DNA from: Escherichia coli
GTDB lineage: Bacteria; Pseudomonadota; Gammaproteobacteria; Enterobacterales; Enterobacteriaceae
Length of the DNA stretch: 64,000 nucleotides
Assembly (NCBI RefSeq): GCF_013315695.1
Contig: NZ_CP054353.1
Direction: 5' to 3' (one strand)
Shown here: one piece after another, positions 14,165-27,334 of the stretch
Layout: each line of letters begins with the position of its first letter
Position numbering within the stretch: the stretch's first letter is position 1
Program-made: the position numbers and the translations under genes
The notes under the pieces: generated by a model
The model's input: the letters and a program-made list of their open reading frames with translations, nothing else
What the model was told of the DNA's origin: nothing
Database searches by the model: none

Positions 14165-16921
14165 ATGACCAACTACAGCCTGCGCGCACGCATGATGATT
14201 CTGATCCTGGCACCGACCGTCCTGATTGGTTTATTGCTGAGTATCTTTTTCGTCGTGCATCGCTATAACGACTTGCAGCGTCAACTGGAAGATGCCGGTG
14301 CCAGCATTATTGAGCCGCTTGCAGTTTCTACTGAATATGGCATGAGCCTGCAAAATCGCGAATCTATCGGTCAGTTAATAAGCGTACTGCATCGCCGCCA
14401 TTCCGATATTGTTCGCGCAATTTCGGTTTATGATGAAAATAACCGACTCTTTGTCACCTCCAATTTTCATCTTGATCCTTCATCAATGCAGCTCGGTAGC
14501 AACGTGCCGTTTCCTCGCCAGCTCACTGTCACACGTGACGGCGATATTATGATCCTCCGCACGCCGATTATTTCTGAGAGTTACTCCCCCGACGAATCGC
14601 CCAGTAGCGATGCCAAAAATAGTCAAAATATGTTGGGATATATTGCGCTTGAGCTGGATCTTAAATCGGTTCGCTTGCAGCAATATAAAGAGATCTTTAT
14701 TTCCAGCGTGATGATGCTGTTTTGTATCGGTATTGCGCTTATTTTTGGCTGGCGCTTAATGCGCGATGTAACCGGTCCGATTCGCAATATGGTGAATACC
14801 GTCGACCGCATCCGTCGCGGGCAACTCGACAGCCGGGTGGAAGGATTTATGCTCGGCGAGCTGGATATGCTGAAAAACGGTATCAACTCGATGGCAATGT
14901 CGCTGGCTGCTTATCACGAAGAGATGCAACACAATATCGACCAGGCGACGTCCGATCTGCGTGAAACGCTGGAGCAAATGGAGATTCAGAACGTTGAGTT
15001 GGATCTGGCGAAAAAGCGCGCCCAGGAAGCGGCGCGTATTAAATCCGAGTTTCTGGCAAATATGTCACACGAGCTGCGTACACCACTGAATGGTGTTATT
15101 GGCTTTACCCGCCTGACGCTGAAAACAGAATTAACACCAACGCAGCGCGATCACCTGAATACGATTGAACGTTCGGCAAATAATTTGCTGGCAATTATTA
15201 ATGATGTTCTCGACTTCTCGAAACTGGAAGCCGGTAAGCTGATTCTGGAAAGTATTCCATTCCCACTACGCAGCACGCTGGATGAAGTCGTTACCCTGCT
15301 GGCACATTCTTCTCACGATAAAGGGCTGGAACTGACGCTCAATATTAAAAGCGACGTGCCTGATAACGTGATCGGCGACCCACTACGATTACAGCAAATC
15401 ATCACTAACCTGGTGGGGAATGCAATTAAATTCACCGAGAATGGCAACATTGATATTCTGGTAGAAAAACGTGCGCTGAGTAATACCAAAGTGCAAATTG
15501 AAGTGCAGATTCGGGATACCGGCATTGGTATTCCTGAACGCGATCAATCGCGCTTATTCCAGGCCTTCAGACAGGCTGATGCCAGTATTTCCCGCCGTCA
15601 TGGTGGCACCGGGCTGGGGCTGGTGATTACACAAAAACTGGTTAATGAAATGGGCGGTGATATTTCGTTCCATAGCCAGCCGAATCGTGGTTCAACTTTC
15701 TGGTTCCACATTAATCTCGATCTGAACCCGAACATTATTATCGAAGGGCCATCCACCCAGTGCCTCGCCGGTAAGCGCCTGGCCTATGTCGAACCAAATT
15801 CCGCAGCAGCGCAATGCACGCTGGATATTTTAAGTGAAACGCCGCTGGAAGTGGTTTATAGCCCAACGTTCTCCGCGCTGCCTCCCGCGCATTACGACAT
15901 GATGTTATTAGGCATAGCGGTGACCTTCCGCGAGCCGCTAACAATGCAACATGAGCGATTAGCGAAAGCAGTATCGATGACCGATTTCCTGATGCTGGCA
16001 CTTCCTTGCCATGCACAAGTCAATGCTGAAAAACTTAAGCAAGATGGTATCGGCGCGTGTCTGCTGAAACCATTAACACCTACGCGCCTGTTGCCTGCCC
16101 TGACGGAATTTTGTCATCACAAACAAAACACGCTTTTGCCTGTAACCGATGAAAGTAAGCTGGCAATGACAGTCATGGCGGTTGATGACAACCCCGCTAA
16201 CCTGAAACTTATCGGCGCATTGCTGGAAGATATGGTGCAACATGTGGAACTTTGCGATAGCGGGCATCAGGCGGTTGAACGGGCGAAACAGATGCCGTTC
16301 GATTTGATCTTAATGGATATTCAAATGCCGGACATGGATGGCATTCGGGCCTGCGAACTCATCCACCAACTCCCGCATCAGCAACAAACGCCGGTTATCG
16401 CGGTAACGGCGCATGCAATGGCCGGGCAAAAAGAGAAGCTGCTTGGCGCAGGGATGAGCGATTATCTGGCGAAACCGATTGAAGAAGAGCGATTGCATAA
16501 TTTGTTGTTGCGCTACAAGCCTGGCAGCGGTATTTCCTCTCGCGTCGTGACGCCCGAAGTCAACGAAATTGTGGTGAACCCGAATGCGACCCTCGACTGG
16601 CAACTGGCACTACGCCAGGCAGCAGGAAAAACCGATTTAGCGCGCGATATGCTGCAAATGTTACTCGATTTCCTGCCTGAAGTTCGCAACAAAGTTGAGG
16701 AACAGCTGGTTGGAGAAAACCCGGAAGGCCTGGTTGATTTGATTCATAAACTGCATGGCAGTTGCGGCTATAGCGGTGTGCCGCGTATGAAGAATCTCTG
16801 CCAACTGATCGAACAACAGCTACGTAGCGGTACTAAAGAAGAAGATTTGGAGCCGGAGCTGCTGGAACTGTTAGACGAGATGGATAATGTAGCGCGCGAA
16901 GCCAGCAAAATTCTCGGGTAA
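14165..16921 (+). CDS. barA: hybrid sensor histidine kinase BarA (BarA/UvrY two-component system)
   Basis: 918-aa ORF with N-terminal transmembrane segments, HAMP, HisKA (SHELRTPLN), HATPase, receiver and Hpt domains. Confidence 0.95.
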
Positions 16922-16995
16922 CGGACGTCTTGTCGAGTAGCAATCGGCTTTTTATGAAGCTGGTTTCAGACTGGTGACAAAGTGCCTGTGTTTAT

Positions 16996-17029
16996 GCCGG
17001 ATGCGGCGTTAACGCCTTATCCTGCCTAC
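16996..17029. repeat. REP (repetitive extragenic palindromic) element
   Basis: gccggatgcggcgttaacgccttatcctgcctac, the canonical REP consensus, in the barA-gudD intergenic region. Confidence 0.7.
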
Positions 17030-17114
17030 AAAACCAATTAAATTCAATGAATTAAAAAGTATGTTGGCCTGATACGTAGCGCAACAGGCAATTTTGCGTT
17101 TGGCATCAGTCTCA

Positions 17115-17147
17115 AACCGGCTCCTGACAGAGCCGGTTTTTGTTTTC
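17115..17147. terminator. bidirectional rho-independent terminator between barA and gudD
   Basis: aaaccggctc...gagccggttt hairpin flanked by A-run upstream and T-run downstream. Confidence 0.7.
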
Positions 17148-17151
17148 AGTC

Positions 17152-18492
17152 TTAACGCACCATGCACGGGCGCTTGTTATCAAACGTCCAGCCAGGAATC
17201 AGGTACTGCATTCCCATCGCATCGTCACGCGCGCCAAGCCCGTGTTTCTGATACAGCTCGTGGGCTTTCATCACCTGATCCATATCGATTTCTACGCCCA
17301 ATCCTGGTTTTTGCGGCACCTGTACCAGCCCGCCTTTGATCTCAAACGGTTCTTTGGTCAGACGCTGATTGCCTTCCTGCCAGATCCAGTGCGTATCAAT
17401 AGCAGTAATTTTACCCGGTGCAGCAGCGGCTACATGGGTAAACATCGCCAGGGAAATATCGAAGTGGTTGTTAGAGTGTGAACCCCAGGTCAGGCCAAAT
17501 TCATGGCACATTTGCGCCACACGTACCGAACCTTGCATCGTCCAGAAATGCGGATCCGCCAGCGGGATATCAACGGATTGCAGGGAGAGCGTATGGCCCA
17601 TCTGCCGCCAGTCGGTGGCGATCATATTGGTTGCGGTCGGCAGGCCTGTCGCGCGACGGAACTCTGCCATCACTTCACGCCCGGAGAAACCTTGCTCCGC
17701 ACCACACGGATCTTCTGCATAAGCCAGCGAACCTTTCAGGTATGTACCAATTTTAATCGCTTCGTTCAGCGACCAGGCACCGTTAGGATCGAGGGTAATA
17801 CGCGCCTGTGGGAAGCGTTGCGCCAGTGCCACAATAGATTCTGCTTCTTCTTCCCCGGCCAGTACACCGCCCTTCAGTTTGAAATCGTTGAAGCCATATT
17901 TTTCATATGCCGCTTCCGCCAGGCGCACCACCGCATCCGGCGTCATCGCTTCTTCGTGACGCAGGCGATACCAGTCACATTGATCATCCGGCTGGCTTTG
18001 ATACGGCAGCGGTGTGGCTTTGCGATTACCGACGAAGAACAGATAACCGAGCATTTCGACTTCGCTACGCTGTTGACCATCGCCCAGCAGCGATGCCACG
18101 TTAACCCCCAGATGCTGCCCCAGCAGATCCAGCATTGCCGCTTCTATCCCGGTAACCACATGAATAGTGGTCCGCAGGTCAAATGTCTGCAAACCGCGCC
18201 CGCCGGCATCACGATCGGCAAATGTATTACGCACCAGCGTCAGAACGTTTTTGTATTCACCCAGCGTTTTACCCACCACCAGCGGAATCGCATCTTCCAG
18301 CGTTTTACGGATTTTCTCGCCGCCGGGAATTTCCCCTACCCCAGTGTGACCAGAATTATCTTTGATAATCACAATATTACGCGTGAAGAACGGTGCGTGT
18401 GCACCACTCAGATTCATCAGCATACTGTCATGGCCCGCCACCGGGATGACCTGCATTTCAGTAACAACAGGCGTCGAAAATTGAGAACTCAT
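17152..18492 (-). CDS. gudD: glucarate dehydratase
   Basis: Enolase-superfamily ORF; track ORF (454 aa) starts 8 codons early, probable true start at MSSQF...; paralogous to the adjacent gudX. Confidence 0.9.
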   Translation of the reverse strand: MSSQFSTPVVTEMQVIPVAGHDSMLMNLSGAHAPFFTRNIVIIKDNSGHTGVGEIPGGEKIRKTLEDAIPLVVGKTLGEYKNVLTLVRNTFADRDAGGRGLQTFDLRTTIHVVTGIEAAMLDLLGQHLGVNVASLLGDGQQRSEVEMLGYLFFVGNRKATPLPYQSQPDDQCDWYRLRHEEAMTPDAVVRLAEAAYEKYGFNDFKLKGGVLAGEEEAESIVALAQRFPQARITLDPNGAWSLNEAIKIGTYLKGSLAYAEDPCGAEQGFSGREVMAEFRRATGLPTATNMIATDWRQMGHTLSLQSVDIPLADPHFWTMQGSVRVAQMCHEFGLTWGSHSNNHFDISLAMFTHVAAAAPGKITAIDTHWIWQEGNQRLTKEPFEIKGGLVQVPQKPGLGVEIDMDQVMKAHELYQKHGLGARDDAMGMQYLIPGWTFDNKRPCMVR

Positions 18493-18512
18493 CTTTATGT
18501 CCTTTTTCAAAA

Positions 18513-19853
18513 TCAATGACGGCCGAAAACGGGACGTTTACGGTCAAAGGTCCAGCCGGGGATCAGGTACTGCATCGGGCCCGCGTCGTTACGCGCACCG
18601 CCAGGCAGACGTTTATAGGCCTCATGCGCCTTTTGTACCTGCTCCCAGTCCAGTTCCACGCCCAGACCGGGCGCATCAGGAACGGCAATTTTTCCATTTT
18701 TAATCTCCAGCGGATTTTTGGTCAGGCGACAATCGCCCTCCTGCCAAATCCAGTGGGTATCGATAGCGGTAGGATTACCCGGTGCCGCCGCGCCCACATG
18801 GGTAAACATCGCCAGAGAGATATCAAAGTGGTTATTGGAATGGCAGCCCCAGGTCAGCCCCCAGTCGTCGCAAAGCTGCGCTACGCGGACTGCACCGGAA
18901 AGCGTCCAGAAGTGCGGGTCGGCAAGTGGAATATCTACCGCATTGAGCATCACCGCATGGCCCATTTCGCGCCAGTTGGTGGCGATCATATTAGTCGCGA
19001 CGGGCAAGCCGGTCGCCCGCCGAAATTCCGCCATCACTTCACCTCCGGAGAAACCCTGTTCTGCGCCACACGGATCTTCGGCATAGGTGAGAACATCATT
19101 CAGCCCTTTGCACAGAGAAATAGCTTCATCAAGCAGCCATGCTCCGTTGGGATCAACGGTAATCCGCGCATCCGGGAAGCGTTTCTTCAATGCACGAACA
19201 GTGTCGATTTCTTGCTCGCCAGGTAACACTCCGCCCTTAAGTTTGAAATCTTTAAAGCCATAGCGATCCTGTGAAGCTTCCGCCAGACGCACAACGGCTT
19301 CGCTGTTCATCGCTTTCTGATGCCGCAATTGATACCACTCATGGTTGCCCGGCGTATTTTCCAGATAAGGAAGATCGGTTTTGGTCCGATCACCGATATA
19401 AAACAGATAACCGAGAACGGTAATAGCATCACGTTGCTTGCCTGGCCCTAACAGTTCGCAGACCGGAACATTCAGCGCCTTACCTAGCAGGTCAAGCAAG
19501 GCGGCTTCCAGCGCCGCCACGGCATTAACGCGCAATTCAAAAGTCCAGGCACCTTTGCCGAAGGTATCAAAATCGGCTGCCTGATTACCTTTATGCACCT
19601 GCTGAACCACTTTATTCAGGCGCGCAACTTCCTGGCCCAGCACCATCGGAATAGCCTCGACCAGTGTCTGATAAATCACCTCTCCGCCCGGCGCTTCACC
19701 AATGCCGGTATGCCCGGCGTTATCGGTGAGTACCACAATATTGCGGGTGAAATATGCGTTATGTGCACCACCAATATTAAGCAACATGCTATCGTGCCCG
19801 GCGACCGGAATGACTTTCATATCAGTAATAACAGGACTGGATTGTGTCGTCAT
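18513..19853 (-). CDS. gudX: glucarate dehydratase-related protein
   Basis: 446-aa ORF highly similar to the downstream gudD product (shared [20 protein letters not shown] motifs). Confidence 0.9.
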   Translation of the reverse strand: MTTQSSPVITDMKVIPVAGHDSMLLNIGGAHNAYFTRNIVVLTDNAGHTGIGEAPGGEVIYQTLVEAIPMVLGQEVARLNKVVQQVHKGNQAADFDTFGKGAWTFELRVNAVAALEAALLDLLGKALNVPVCELLGPGKQRDAITVLGYLFYIGDRTKTDLPYLENTPGNHEWYQLRHQKAMNSEAVVRLAEASQDRYGFKDFKLKGGVLPGEQEIDTVRALKKRFPDARITVDPNGAWLLDEAISLCKGLNDVLTYAEDPCGAEQGFSGGEVMAEFRRATGLPVATNMIATNWREMGHAVMLNAVDIPLADPHFWTLSGAVRVAQLCDDWGLTWGCHSNNHFDISLAMFTHVGAAAPGNPTAIDTHWIWQEGDCRLTKNPLEIKNGKIAVPDAPGLGVELDWEQVQKAHEAYKRLPGGARNDAGPMQYLIPGWTFDRKRPVFGRH

Positions 19854-19854
19854 C

Positions 19855-21207
19855 TTATTGCCCCGCGACAGGTTTCAGCTCGATACGCTTGATATCGCCC
19901 ACCAGCACCAGGTAGCTCAGTACCGCGATTAAGGCATGAACACCAACATAAATCAGCGCCCCATTAAAGGAGCCAGTCGTGCCAACGATATAACCAATTG
20001 CGATTGGCGTGACGATGCCAGAAATGTTACCAAACATGTTGAACAGGCCACCGGAAAGACCGCTGATCTCTTTTGGCGCAGTATCAGCCATTACAGCCCA
20101 ACCCAGCGCCCCGATCCCCTTACCGAAGAAGGCCAGCGCCATAAAGCCGATGATCATCCACTCAACGTTGACGTAGTTGCAGAACACCATCACCATCGAC
20201 AGCAACATGCCCATTACGATCGGTGTTTTACGCGCAATGTTCAGCGATCCCGTGCGGCGCATCAGCCAGTCGGAAATAATCCCACCCAGCACACCGCCGA
20301 TAAAACCGCAAACCGCCGGAACGGAAGCCACAAAGCCCGCTTTCAGAATCGACATCCCACGCGCCTGCACCAGATAAACCGGAAACCAGGTAATGAAAAA
20401 GTAAGTCAGGGCGTTGATACAGTACTGACCGATATAAACGCCGATCATCATCCGTGACCCGAGCAGCTGTTTGATCTGCCCCCACTTCACGCTGAACGGC
20501 ACTTTAACTTTGGTGTTTTGCTGATCCATATTGATCAGCGCGCCACCCGCGGCGATGTACTCCAGCTCTTTCTGATTTACACCCGGATGTTGATTTGGCT
20601 CGTGGATGACTTTCAACCAGATAAAGCTGATGACAATGCCCAGACCGCCCATAAAGAAAAAGACGTGTGACCAGCCCACTTCATGCGTCAGCCAGCCCAT
20701 AATCGGCGCGAAGATCACCGTTGCGAAGTATTGAGCGGAGTTAAAAATCGACACCGCCGTTCCCCTTTCCTGCGCCGGAAACCAGGCCGCAACAATGCGA
20801 CTGTTGCCGGGGAAAGAGGGCGCTTCAGCAAGCCCGACCAGGAAGCGCAGCGTAAACAGGGCAACGATAATGCCGAATCCACTAAAGATATCGACGAAGC
20901 CTTGCAGCAAGGTAAACATCGACCAGATAAAGATCGACCAGAAGTAGACGCGTTTTGAACCAAAACGATCCAGCAACCAACCACCAGGGATCTGCCCGAT
21001 AACATAAGCCCATGAGAAAGCAGAGAACACATAGCCCATTCCCACAGGATCAAGGCCGATATCTTTGGCCATTTCCGAACCGGCGATAGAGAGCGTAGCG
21101 CGGTCGCCGTAGTTGAAGGATGTGACGATAAACAACATCACCACTATCCAGTAACGAGCATTCGTGCGTTTTTCCACACTGCTCGCAGCCTGACTTAAAG
21201 AACTCAT
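19855..21207 (-). CDS. gudP: MFS glucarate/galactarate transporter
   Basis: 450-aa polytopic membrane protein upstream of gudX/gudD, stop 1 nt from gudX start. Confidence 0.9.
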   Translation of the reverse strand: MSSLSQAASSVEKRTNARYWIVVMLFIVTSFNYGDRATLSIAGSEMAKDIGLDPVGMGYVFSAFSWAYVIGQIPGGWLLDRFGSKRVYFWSIFIWSMFTLLQGFVDIFSGFGIIVALFTLRFLVGLAEAPSFPGNSRIVAAWFPAQERGTAVSIFNSAQYFATVIFAPIMGWLTHEVGWSHVFFFMGGLGIVISFIWLKVIHEPNQHPGVNQKELEYIAAGGALINMDQQNTKVKVPFSVKWGQIKQLLGSRMMIGVYIGQYCINALTYFFITWFPVYLVQARGMSILKAGFVASVPAVCGFIGGVLGGIISDWLMRRTGSLNIARKTPIVMGMLLSMVMVFCNYVNVEWMIIGFMALAFFGKGIGALGWAVMADTAPKEISGLSGGLFNMFGNISGIVTPIAIGYIVGTTGSFNGALIYVGVHALIAVLSYLVLVGDIKRIELKPVAGQ

Positions 21208-21641
21208 TGTTGCACTCCTGAAAATTCGCGTTAGCCACGCTCACTCTGGACTGCGACATCGCCAGGAAATCAGAGGTGACGTAGGGTGTTTTTTGCCGTT
21301 TTTATAGGTCGTTCGCCGAATGCGGCGCGTGTTTATATCTGGCAATAGCAGTATAAAAAGCGCGCCATAGCGGCTCACCGTGCAACAACACAACATTAAT
21401 GCGTTCAATGAGGCCCGATTTTGGCATTAGCCCTGGACGGTGGAATCCACTTCACGGAAATGAAAACAAGAACAAGAAAGGAAGGGTTAAAACGAAGAAA
21501 TAAAGAAGAGTATGAAATGGATCGCTTGACTCCAGGCAAACGCCAGTAAAAATCCGCACTATGAAGCAGTTTTTACTGGCATTTGCCTGAAAAGATTCGA
21601 TTCAGCACTGCTAAAACGGCATTTACCGCTTGCTGAACATA

Positions 21642-22091
21642 TCAGGACAACAGCGTGCCCCAATGTTCGACCCACGGATTTGATTCCGTTTCCGGTTCCG
21701 GGTTCTCACTGGCGTCAATCAACAGCATTTCTCCCACTCGCTGAGCGCTCTGTTCCTGCAACAAGGCATCGAACTGTTTGCCGCCATTGCAGAAATTCAC
21801 ATAACTACTGTCGCCGAGCGCAATCACGCCATAACGCAGATTCGGCTGGAAGCCCAGGGTATCTTTAATTCCCTGAAAGAGCGGCACAATGCAATCAGGA
21901 AGGTCACCCTGCCCGGTCGTGGACGTAACCACCAGAACATACTTATCCTGATAGGGCAGCCAGTCGCTTAATTCAGGATCTTCAAATACCGTTGCTTTGT
22001 GGCCCTGCGCGGTCAGAATTGCTTCCGCTTCTTCCGCCACTAACAGCGAATTTCCGTACATAGTGCCGACAAAAATACCAATTTCCGCCAT
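21642..22091 (-). CDS. yqcA: flavodoxin-like protein YqcA
   Basis: 149-aa [29 protein letters not shown]... with flavodoxin fold signature. Confidence 0.85.
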   Translation of the reverse strand: MAEIGIFVGTMYGNSLLVAEEAEAILTAQGHKATVFEDPELSDWLPYQDKYVLVVTSTTGQGDLPDCIVPLFQGIKDTLGFQPNLRYGVIALGDSSYVNFCNGGKQFDALLQEQSAQRVGEMLLIDASENPEPETESNPWVEHWGTLLS

Positions 22092-22108
22092 ACCGTTTTC
22101 TCCCTGGA

Positions 22109-22891
22109 TTAGGAACTTATCTCTCCATCCTGACCCGATGGCGCACTGAACTCAACCCTTTCATTTTCAGGAAGCAGACCCCGCCAGCCAAATTGTGATA
22201 ACGCCTGCATCCAGGTGTCGTCCAGGCCCGCGTGAATAGTCAGCGGCTCGCCAGTAAAAGGATGCGTCAATGACAACTGACTGGCATGCAGCATTAACCG
22301 CTGAAGGCCAAAATGTTCAGCACCGCTGCGATTCTGGCGTAAATCACCATGTTTGCTGTCGCCAATAATCGGGTGGCGCAAATGGGCAAGATGGCGACGG
22401 AGCTGGTGCTTACGTCCGGTTTTCGGCTCCAGTTCCACCAGGCCGTAGCGCGTGGTCGGGTAACGTCCGGTCGCTACCGGCATTTCTACGGTCGCCAGAC
22501 CGCGATAATGCGTCACTGCTGGCTGCGGGCCTTTATCTTCGCGGGCAAATTTATCAGCGATTTTGTCCAGTTCTTCCACCAGTGGATAATCCAGCACCGC
22601 TTCTTCCATCAACCAGCCGCGCACAATCGCATGATAACGTTTCTGGATTTGGTGCTGTTCAAACTGTTGTGCCAGCAGCCGTCCGGCCTCGCTGGATAAT
22701 CCCATCAACAACACACCAGAAGTGGGTCGGTCCAGACGATGAGCAGTAAACACATGCTGGCCTATCTGGTCACGCACGGTTTGCATGACCACTACTTTCT
22801 CGTCGCGATCCAGCCAGCTGCGGTGAACCAGCCAGCCGGAGGGTTTATTTACCGCAACCAGCCATTCATCCTGATAGAGTATTTCCAGCAT
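22109..22891 (-). CDS. truC: tRNA pseudouridine65 synthase
   Basis: 260-aa ORF with RluA-family pseudouridine synthase motif ([12 protein letters not shown]). Confidence 0.88.
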   Translation of the reverse strand: MLEILYQDEWLVAVNKPSGWLVHRSWLDRDEKVVVMQTVRDQIGQHVFTAHRLDRPTSGVLLMGLSSEAGRLLAQQFEQHQIQKRYHAIVRGWLMEEAVLDYPLVEELDKIADKFAREDKGPQPAVTHYRGLATVEMPVATGRYPTTRYGLVELEPKTGRKHQLRRHLAHLRHPIIGDSKHGDLRQNRSGAEHFGLQRLMLHASQLSLTHPFTGEPLTIHAGLDDTWMQALSQFGWRGLLPENERVEFSAPSGQDGEISS

Positions 22892-23220
22892 TAGCTCGCA
22901 TCATCCGCAAAAAGAGCATCCAGTTTTTCCAGCTCAGCCAGAATAAGCGCGCGTTGCGGGTGGTCCGTCGCCAGCGCCATTTCATAATAGGGAGCAACGG
23001 CAAAAGCGCCCGGTAACGGCTGGTTGTTTTCTAACAAATCGTGCATTCGCGGGATCAGCACCCACTGCAACCACTCCAGTGGTTCCATGGTGTCCATAAA
23101 GAACGGTTGGGTACTATTAAATTGATGCGGCTGGGGTTCATCGTTTCGCCAGTGCTGATGTTCACGCAGTAACGCTTCAAGCGCCTGCAACTGGAAACGA
23201 ACGCGGTCATGAGTGGTCAT
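22891..23220 (-). CDS. yqcC: DUF446 family protein YqcC
   Basis: 109-aa ORF, overlaps truC start by 1 nt; position between truC and csrB as in E. coli. Confidence 0.8.
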   Translation of the reverse strand: MTTHDRVRFQLQALEALLREHQHWRNDEPQPHQFNSTQPFFMDTMEPLEWLQWVLIPRMHDLLENNQPLPGAFAVAPYYEMALATDHPQRALILAELEKLDALFADDAS

Positions 23221-23262
23221 AAAGCAACCTCAATAAGAAAAACTGCCGCGAAGGATAGCAGG

Positions 23263-23622
23263 AATAAAAAAAGGGAGCACTGTATTCACAGTGCTCCCGG
23301 TTCGTTTCGCAGCATTCCAGCTACTTTTGTTGCTCCCTGCTCATCCTTGACAACTTTTCCTCTGGCCTTGCGGCCAATCGTTCATCCTGAACTATTGCTT
23401 CCTGCTCACACCACCCCGATGTGATACTTCATCCTGAAGTGTCCCTGGCCTTCCTGACCCACCGAATCATCCTGACCGGTTCTCATTCTCCATCCTGGAG
23501 GTGTCCTTTAACGCGTCCTGCGTCATCCTCTTCGCTTCATCCAGAAGCCTTTCCCTGAAACACCATCCTGGTGTGTCCTTCAGAAGTGTCATCATCCTGA
23601 TGTTCACTTCGTTGTCTGACTC
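23263..23622 (-). ncRNA. csrB: CsrB small RNA (CsrA-sequestering)
   Basis: Minus strand begins GAGTCAGACAACGAAGTGAACATCAGGATGATG... and ends in GGAGCACTGTGAATACAGTGCTCCC + T-run; many repeated CAGGATG/AGGA motifs (plus strand shows repeated catcctg). Confidence 0.93.
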
Positions 23623-23841
23623 CCTGTCGACGAAGATAGAATCGTCTTTTTCGCGAAGTCTTACAAGGCGCTTACAGACAATGCCTTAAGGAAAATTTCA
23701 TATGAAAGTTAAGAATTGACAAGCAATATATTGATTTTAAATGAAAATAACGATTCTTATCTTTTTAAGTATTCGCTTATTTCCTGGCGATCTCCTACAG
23801 AGTCTGTAAGAGATCTCTCACAACAAGATGGGGTATTTGGA

Positions 23842-24387
23842 TTACAGAAGAGGCTTAAGTTGATTAAGGAATTCCGCAAGATTTGAGGCTAAATGCGTCC
23901 GTTTGCGTGTTCCCAGCGTCTCTTTGCACACTTCACCGGAGAGATTACACACCGAGATGACCTCTAACTCTTCTTCCAGCGTCGCGATAAATAGCGTGGG
24001 CGGCAGTTTTAGCCTTTTCTGAGTCACCAGATGACCAATCAGATTTTCCTGCACCCGACGGAAGTCGTCTTCACTCCAGGTTTGCAGCAATGTCAGTTTG
24101 ATATCGCCAAACTGCGCGTGCATATCCCCGGCAAACTGAGTCGTATAAAAGGTATGAATTGTGGGTTGTATCACAATATCAAAAGCGCGTTCAACCGCGT
24201 TTACATTTTGTTCCCCGGTAAACGGCTGGGGTTGCCAGTATACGGCGTCTTCGGTGGTTGAAATAATGCACGGTGAAGGAACGCCGTACAGTTCCTCACT
24301 CAACGGCCAGCTTTTATGCTCTTCATGCCACGCATCGCAGTAGCGTGCAGTAAAATCTTTCAGGGCTTGTGCGGTCAAATCGTCCAC
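23842..24387 (-). CDS. syd: SecY-interacting protein Syd
   Basis: 181-aa [26 protein letters not shown]...; recognised as Syd. Confidence 0.88.
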
Positions 24388-24454
24388 TAATTTCTCTCTT
24401 CACTTAAACCAGATACACTTGTCGTTTAGTTTATCTGGTTTATGACGGTGAAAC

Positions 24455-25303
24455 ATGTCTTCTTATGCAAACCATCAGGCACTTGCGGGCCTGACTCTTG
24501 GAAAATCAACCGATTACCGGGATACCTATGACGCCAGCCTACTGCAAGGCGTTCCGCGTAGTCTGAATCGCGATCCGCTGGGTCTGAAAGCGGATAACCT
24601 GCCTTTTCACGGTACGGATATCTGGACGCTATATGAACTTTCCTGGCTGAATGCGAAAGGTTTGCCGCAGGTCGCCGTCGGTCATGTTGAACTTGATTAC
24701 ACCAGCGCAAATCTGATTGAGTCGAAGAGTTTTAAGCTCTATCTCAACAGTTTTAACCAGACGCGTTTTAATAACTGGGATGAGGTGCGCCAGACGCTGG
24801 AGCGCGACTTAAGCACTTGCGCTCAGGGTAAGGTTAGCGTGGCGTTATATCGTCTTGATGAACTGGAAGGCCAACCGATAGGTCATTTCAATGGCACTTG
24901 CATTGATGACCAGGATATCACTATCGATAACTATGAATTCACTACTGACTATCTGGAGAATGCCACCAGTGGCGAAAAAGTAGTAGAAGAGACGCTCGTC
25001 AGCCACCTGCTGAAATCAAACTGCCTGATCACCCATCAACCAGATTGGGGATCGATCCAAATTCAGTATCGTGGACGCCAAATTGACAGAGAAAAACTGC
25101 TGCGTTACCTGGTTTCTTTCCGTCATCACAACGAGTTCCACGAACAGTGCGTGGAACGCATCTTTAATGACCTGTTACGCTTCTGCCAGCCAGAGAAATT
25201 GAGCGTTTACGCACGTTATACCCGTCGTGGCGGTCTGGACATTAACCCGTGGCGCAGTAATAGCGATTTTGTCCCATCGACCACAAGACTGGTTCGGCAA
25301 TAA
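24455..25303 (+). CDS. queF: NADPH-dependent 7-cyano-7-deazaguanine reductase
   Basis: 282-aa ORF, two-domain (type II) QueF; divergent from syd. Confidence 0.9.
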
Positions 25304-25414
25304 ATTTTTTCTCAATTTTGCGTGCTGGATTCACGCAGAAGGTTGTGAAAGGTCATCAGGCAGGGCTATTGTAATCAAAGGGAATGACGATATTCGTCCC
25401 ATAAGGAGTTTTTC

Positions 25415-26779
25415 TTGATTACACATATTAGCCCGCTTGGCTCCATGGATATGTTGTCGCAGCTGGAAGTGGATATGCTTAAACGCACCGCCAGCAGCGA
25501 CCTCTATCAACTGTTTCGCAACTGTTCACTTGCCGTACTGAACTCCGGTAGTTTGACCGATAACAGCAAAGAATTGCTGTCTCGTTTTGAAAATTTCGAT
25601 ATTAACGTCCTGCGCCGTGAACGCGGCGTAAAGCTGGAACTGATTAATCCCCCGGAAGAGGCTTTTGTCGATGGGCGAATTATTCGCGCTTTGCAGGCCA
25701 ACTTGTTCGCGGTTCTGCGCGACATTCTCTTCGTTTACGGGCAAATCCATAACACCGTTCGTTTTCCCAACCTGAATCTCGACAACTCCGTCCACATCAC
25801 TAACCTGGTCTTTTCCATCTTGCGTAACGCTCGCGCGCTGCATGTTGGTGAAGCGCCAAATATGGTGGTCTGCTGGGGCGGGCACTCAATTAACGAAAAC
25901 GAGTATTTGTATGCCCGTCGCGTCGGGAATCAGCTGGGCCTGCGTGAGCTGAATATCTGCACCGGCTGTGGTCCGGGAGCGATGGAAGCGCCGATGAAAG
26001 GTGCTGCGGTCGGACACGCACAGCAGCGTTACAAAGACAGTCGTTTTATTGGTATGACAGAGCCGTCGATTATCGCCGCTGAACCGCCTAACCCGCTGGT
26101 CAACGAATTGATCATCATGCCGGATATCGAAAAACGTCTGGAAGCGTTTGTCCGTATCGCTCACGGTATCATTATCTTCCCTGGCGGTGTGGGTACGGCA
26201 GAAGAGTTGCTGTATTTGCTGGGAATTTTAATGAACCCGGCCAACAAAGATCAGGTTTTACCATTGATCCTCACCGGCCCGAAAGAGAGCGCCGACTACT
26301 TCCGCGTACTGGACGAGTTTGTCGTGCATACGCTGGGTGAAAACGCGCGCCGCCATTACCGCATCATCATTGATGACGCCGCAGAAGTCGCTCGTCAGAT
26401 GAAAAAATCGATGCCGCTGGTGAAAGAAAATCGCCGCGACACAGGCGATGCCTACAGCTTTAACTGGTCAATGCGCATTGCGCCAGATTTGCAAATGCCG
26501 TTTGAGCCGTCTCACGAGAATATGGCTAATCTGAAGCTTTACCCGGATCAACCCGTTGAAGTGCTGGCTGCCGACCTGCGCCGTGCGTTCTCCGGTATTG
26601 TGGCGGGTAACGTAAAAGAAGTCGGTATTCGCGCCATTGAAGAGTTTGGTCCTTATAAAATCAACGGCGATAAAGAGATTATGCGTCGTATGGATGACCT
26701 GCTACAGGGTTTTGTTGCCCAGCATCGTATGAAGTTGCCAGGCTCAGCCTACATCCCTTGCTACGAAATCTGCACGTAA
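25415..26779 (+). CDS. ppnN: pyrimidine/purine nucleotide 5'-monophosphate nucleosidase (LOG-family, YgdH)
   Basis: 454-aa ORF with LOG/Rossmann-like core ([24 protein letters not shown]). Confidence 0.88.
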
Positions 26780-27334
26780 TCTCCCTCCCCCGGTGACGTT
26801 TGTTGCCGGGTTTTCTCGTTTTTGGTCACATACCCATCAATTTATTTCATTTGTTATATGAATGTTTCTTACCACCCTCACGCGATAAATATCATTATAG
26901 TTAATATGTCATACAATTTATGTTGTAACGCAAACGTTTCCCTATTTTCATAAACCACATTTTATCGCTATGAAAAAGAAATTATCGCCATGATTAACTA
27001 AAAGTATTGATTTTTTCAGTTCAACCTACATATATTGCGCGCCCCGGAAGAAGTCAGATGTCGTTTAATGGGCAAATATTGCCCTTAAATTCTCTTTTAC
27101 TTTTGATTTACAGAGTAAAGCGTTGGGATAATCTATCTTCCAAGTAGATTATTGTATTTGGGATCAAGATCACTGATAGATACATAACTTGTGTGTATCT
27201 TTCCGCCCTCAAATTATTACGGCGGTAAATGATTAAGCCATCGCCGATAGACAGATTTCATTTTTACGGTCAGGCACCTTCCCGGGCTGAACTGGCTAAA
27301 AGCTGAATTATTTGCATTCCTCCAGGAGAAATAG

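Noticed and set aside
17503-18519. 338-aa plus-strand ORF overlapping gudD
   Set aside because: Antisense shadow ORF of gudD with no recognisable fold; a similar one (18516..19226) shadows gudX.
21208-21641. 434-bp gudP-yqcA intergenic region with small ORF 21050..21259
   Set aside because: Consistent with the gudPXD promoter/regulatory region; the 69-aa ORF overlaps the gudP start and has no coding signature. An unannotated sRNA cannot be excluded but nothing in the sequence specifically supports one.
23290-23689. Short ORFs (for example 23501..23689, 62 aa) in the yqcC-syd interval
   Set aside because: Region is the csrB sRNA; the reading frames are generated by the repeated GGA-motif units.
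26780-27334. 555-bp AT-rich region upstream of sdaC as a possible mobile-element remnant
   Set aside because: No inverted or direct repeats or ORF fragments seen; more likely a long regulated leader/promoter region for sdaCB.
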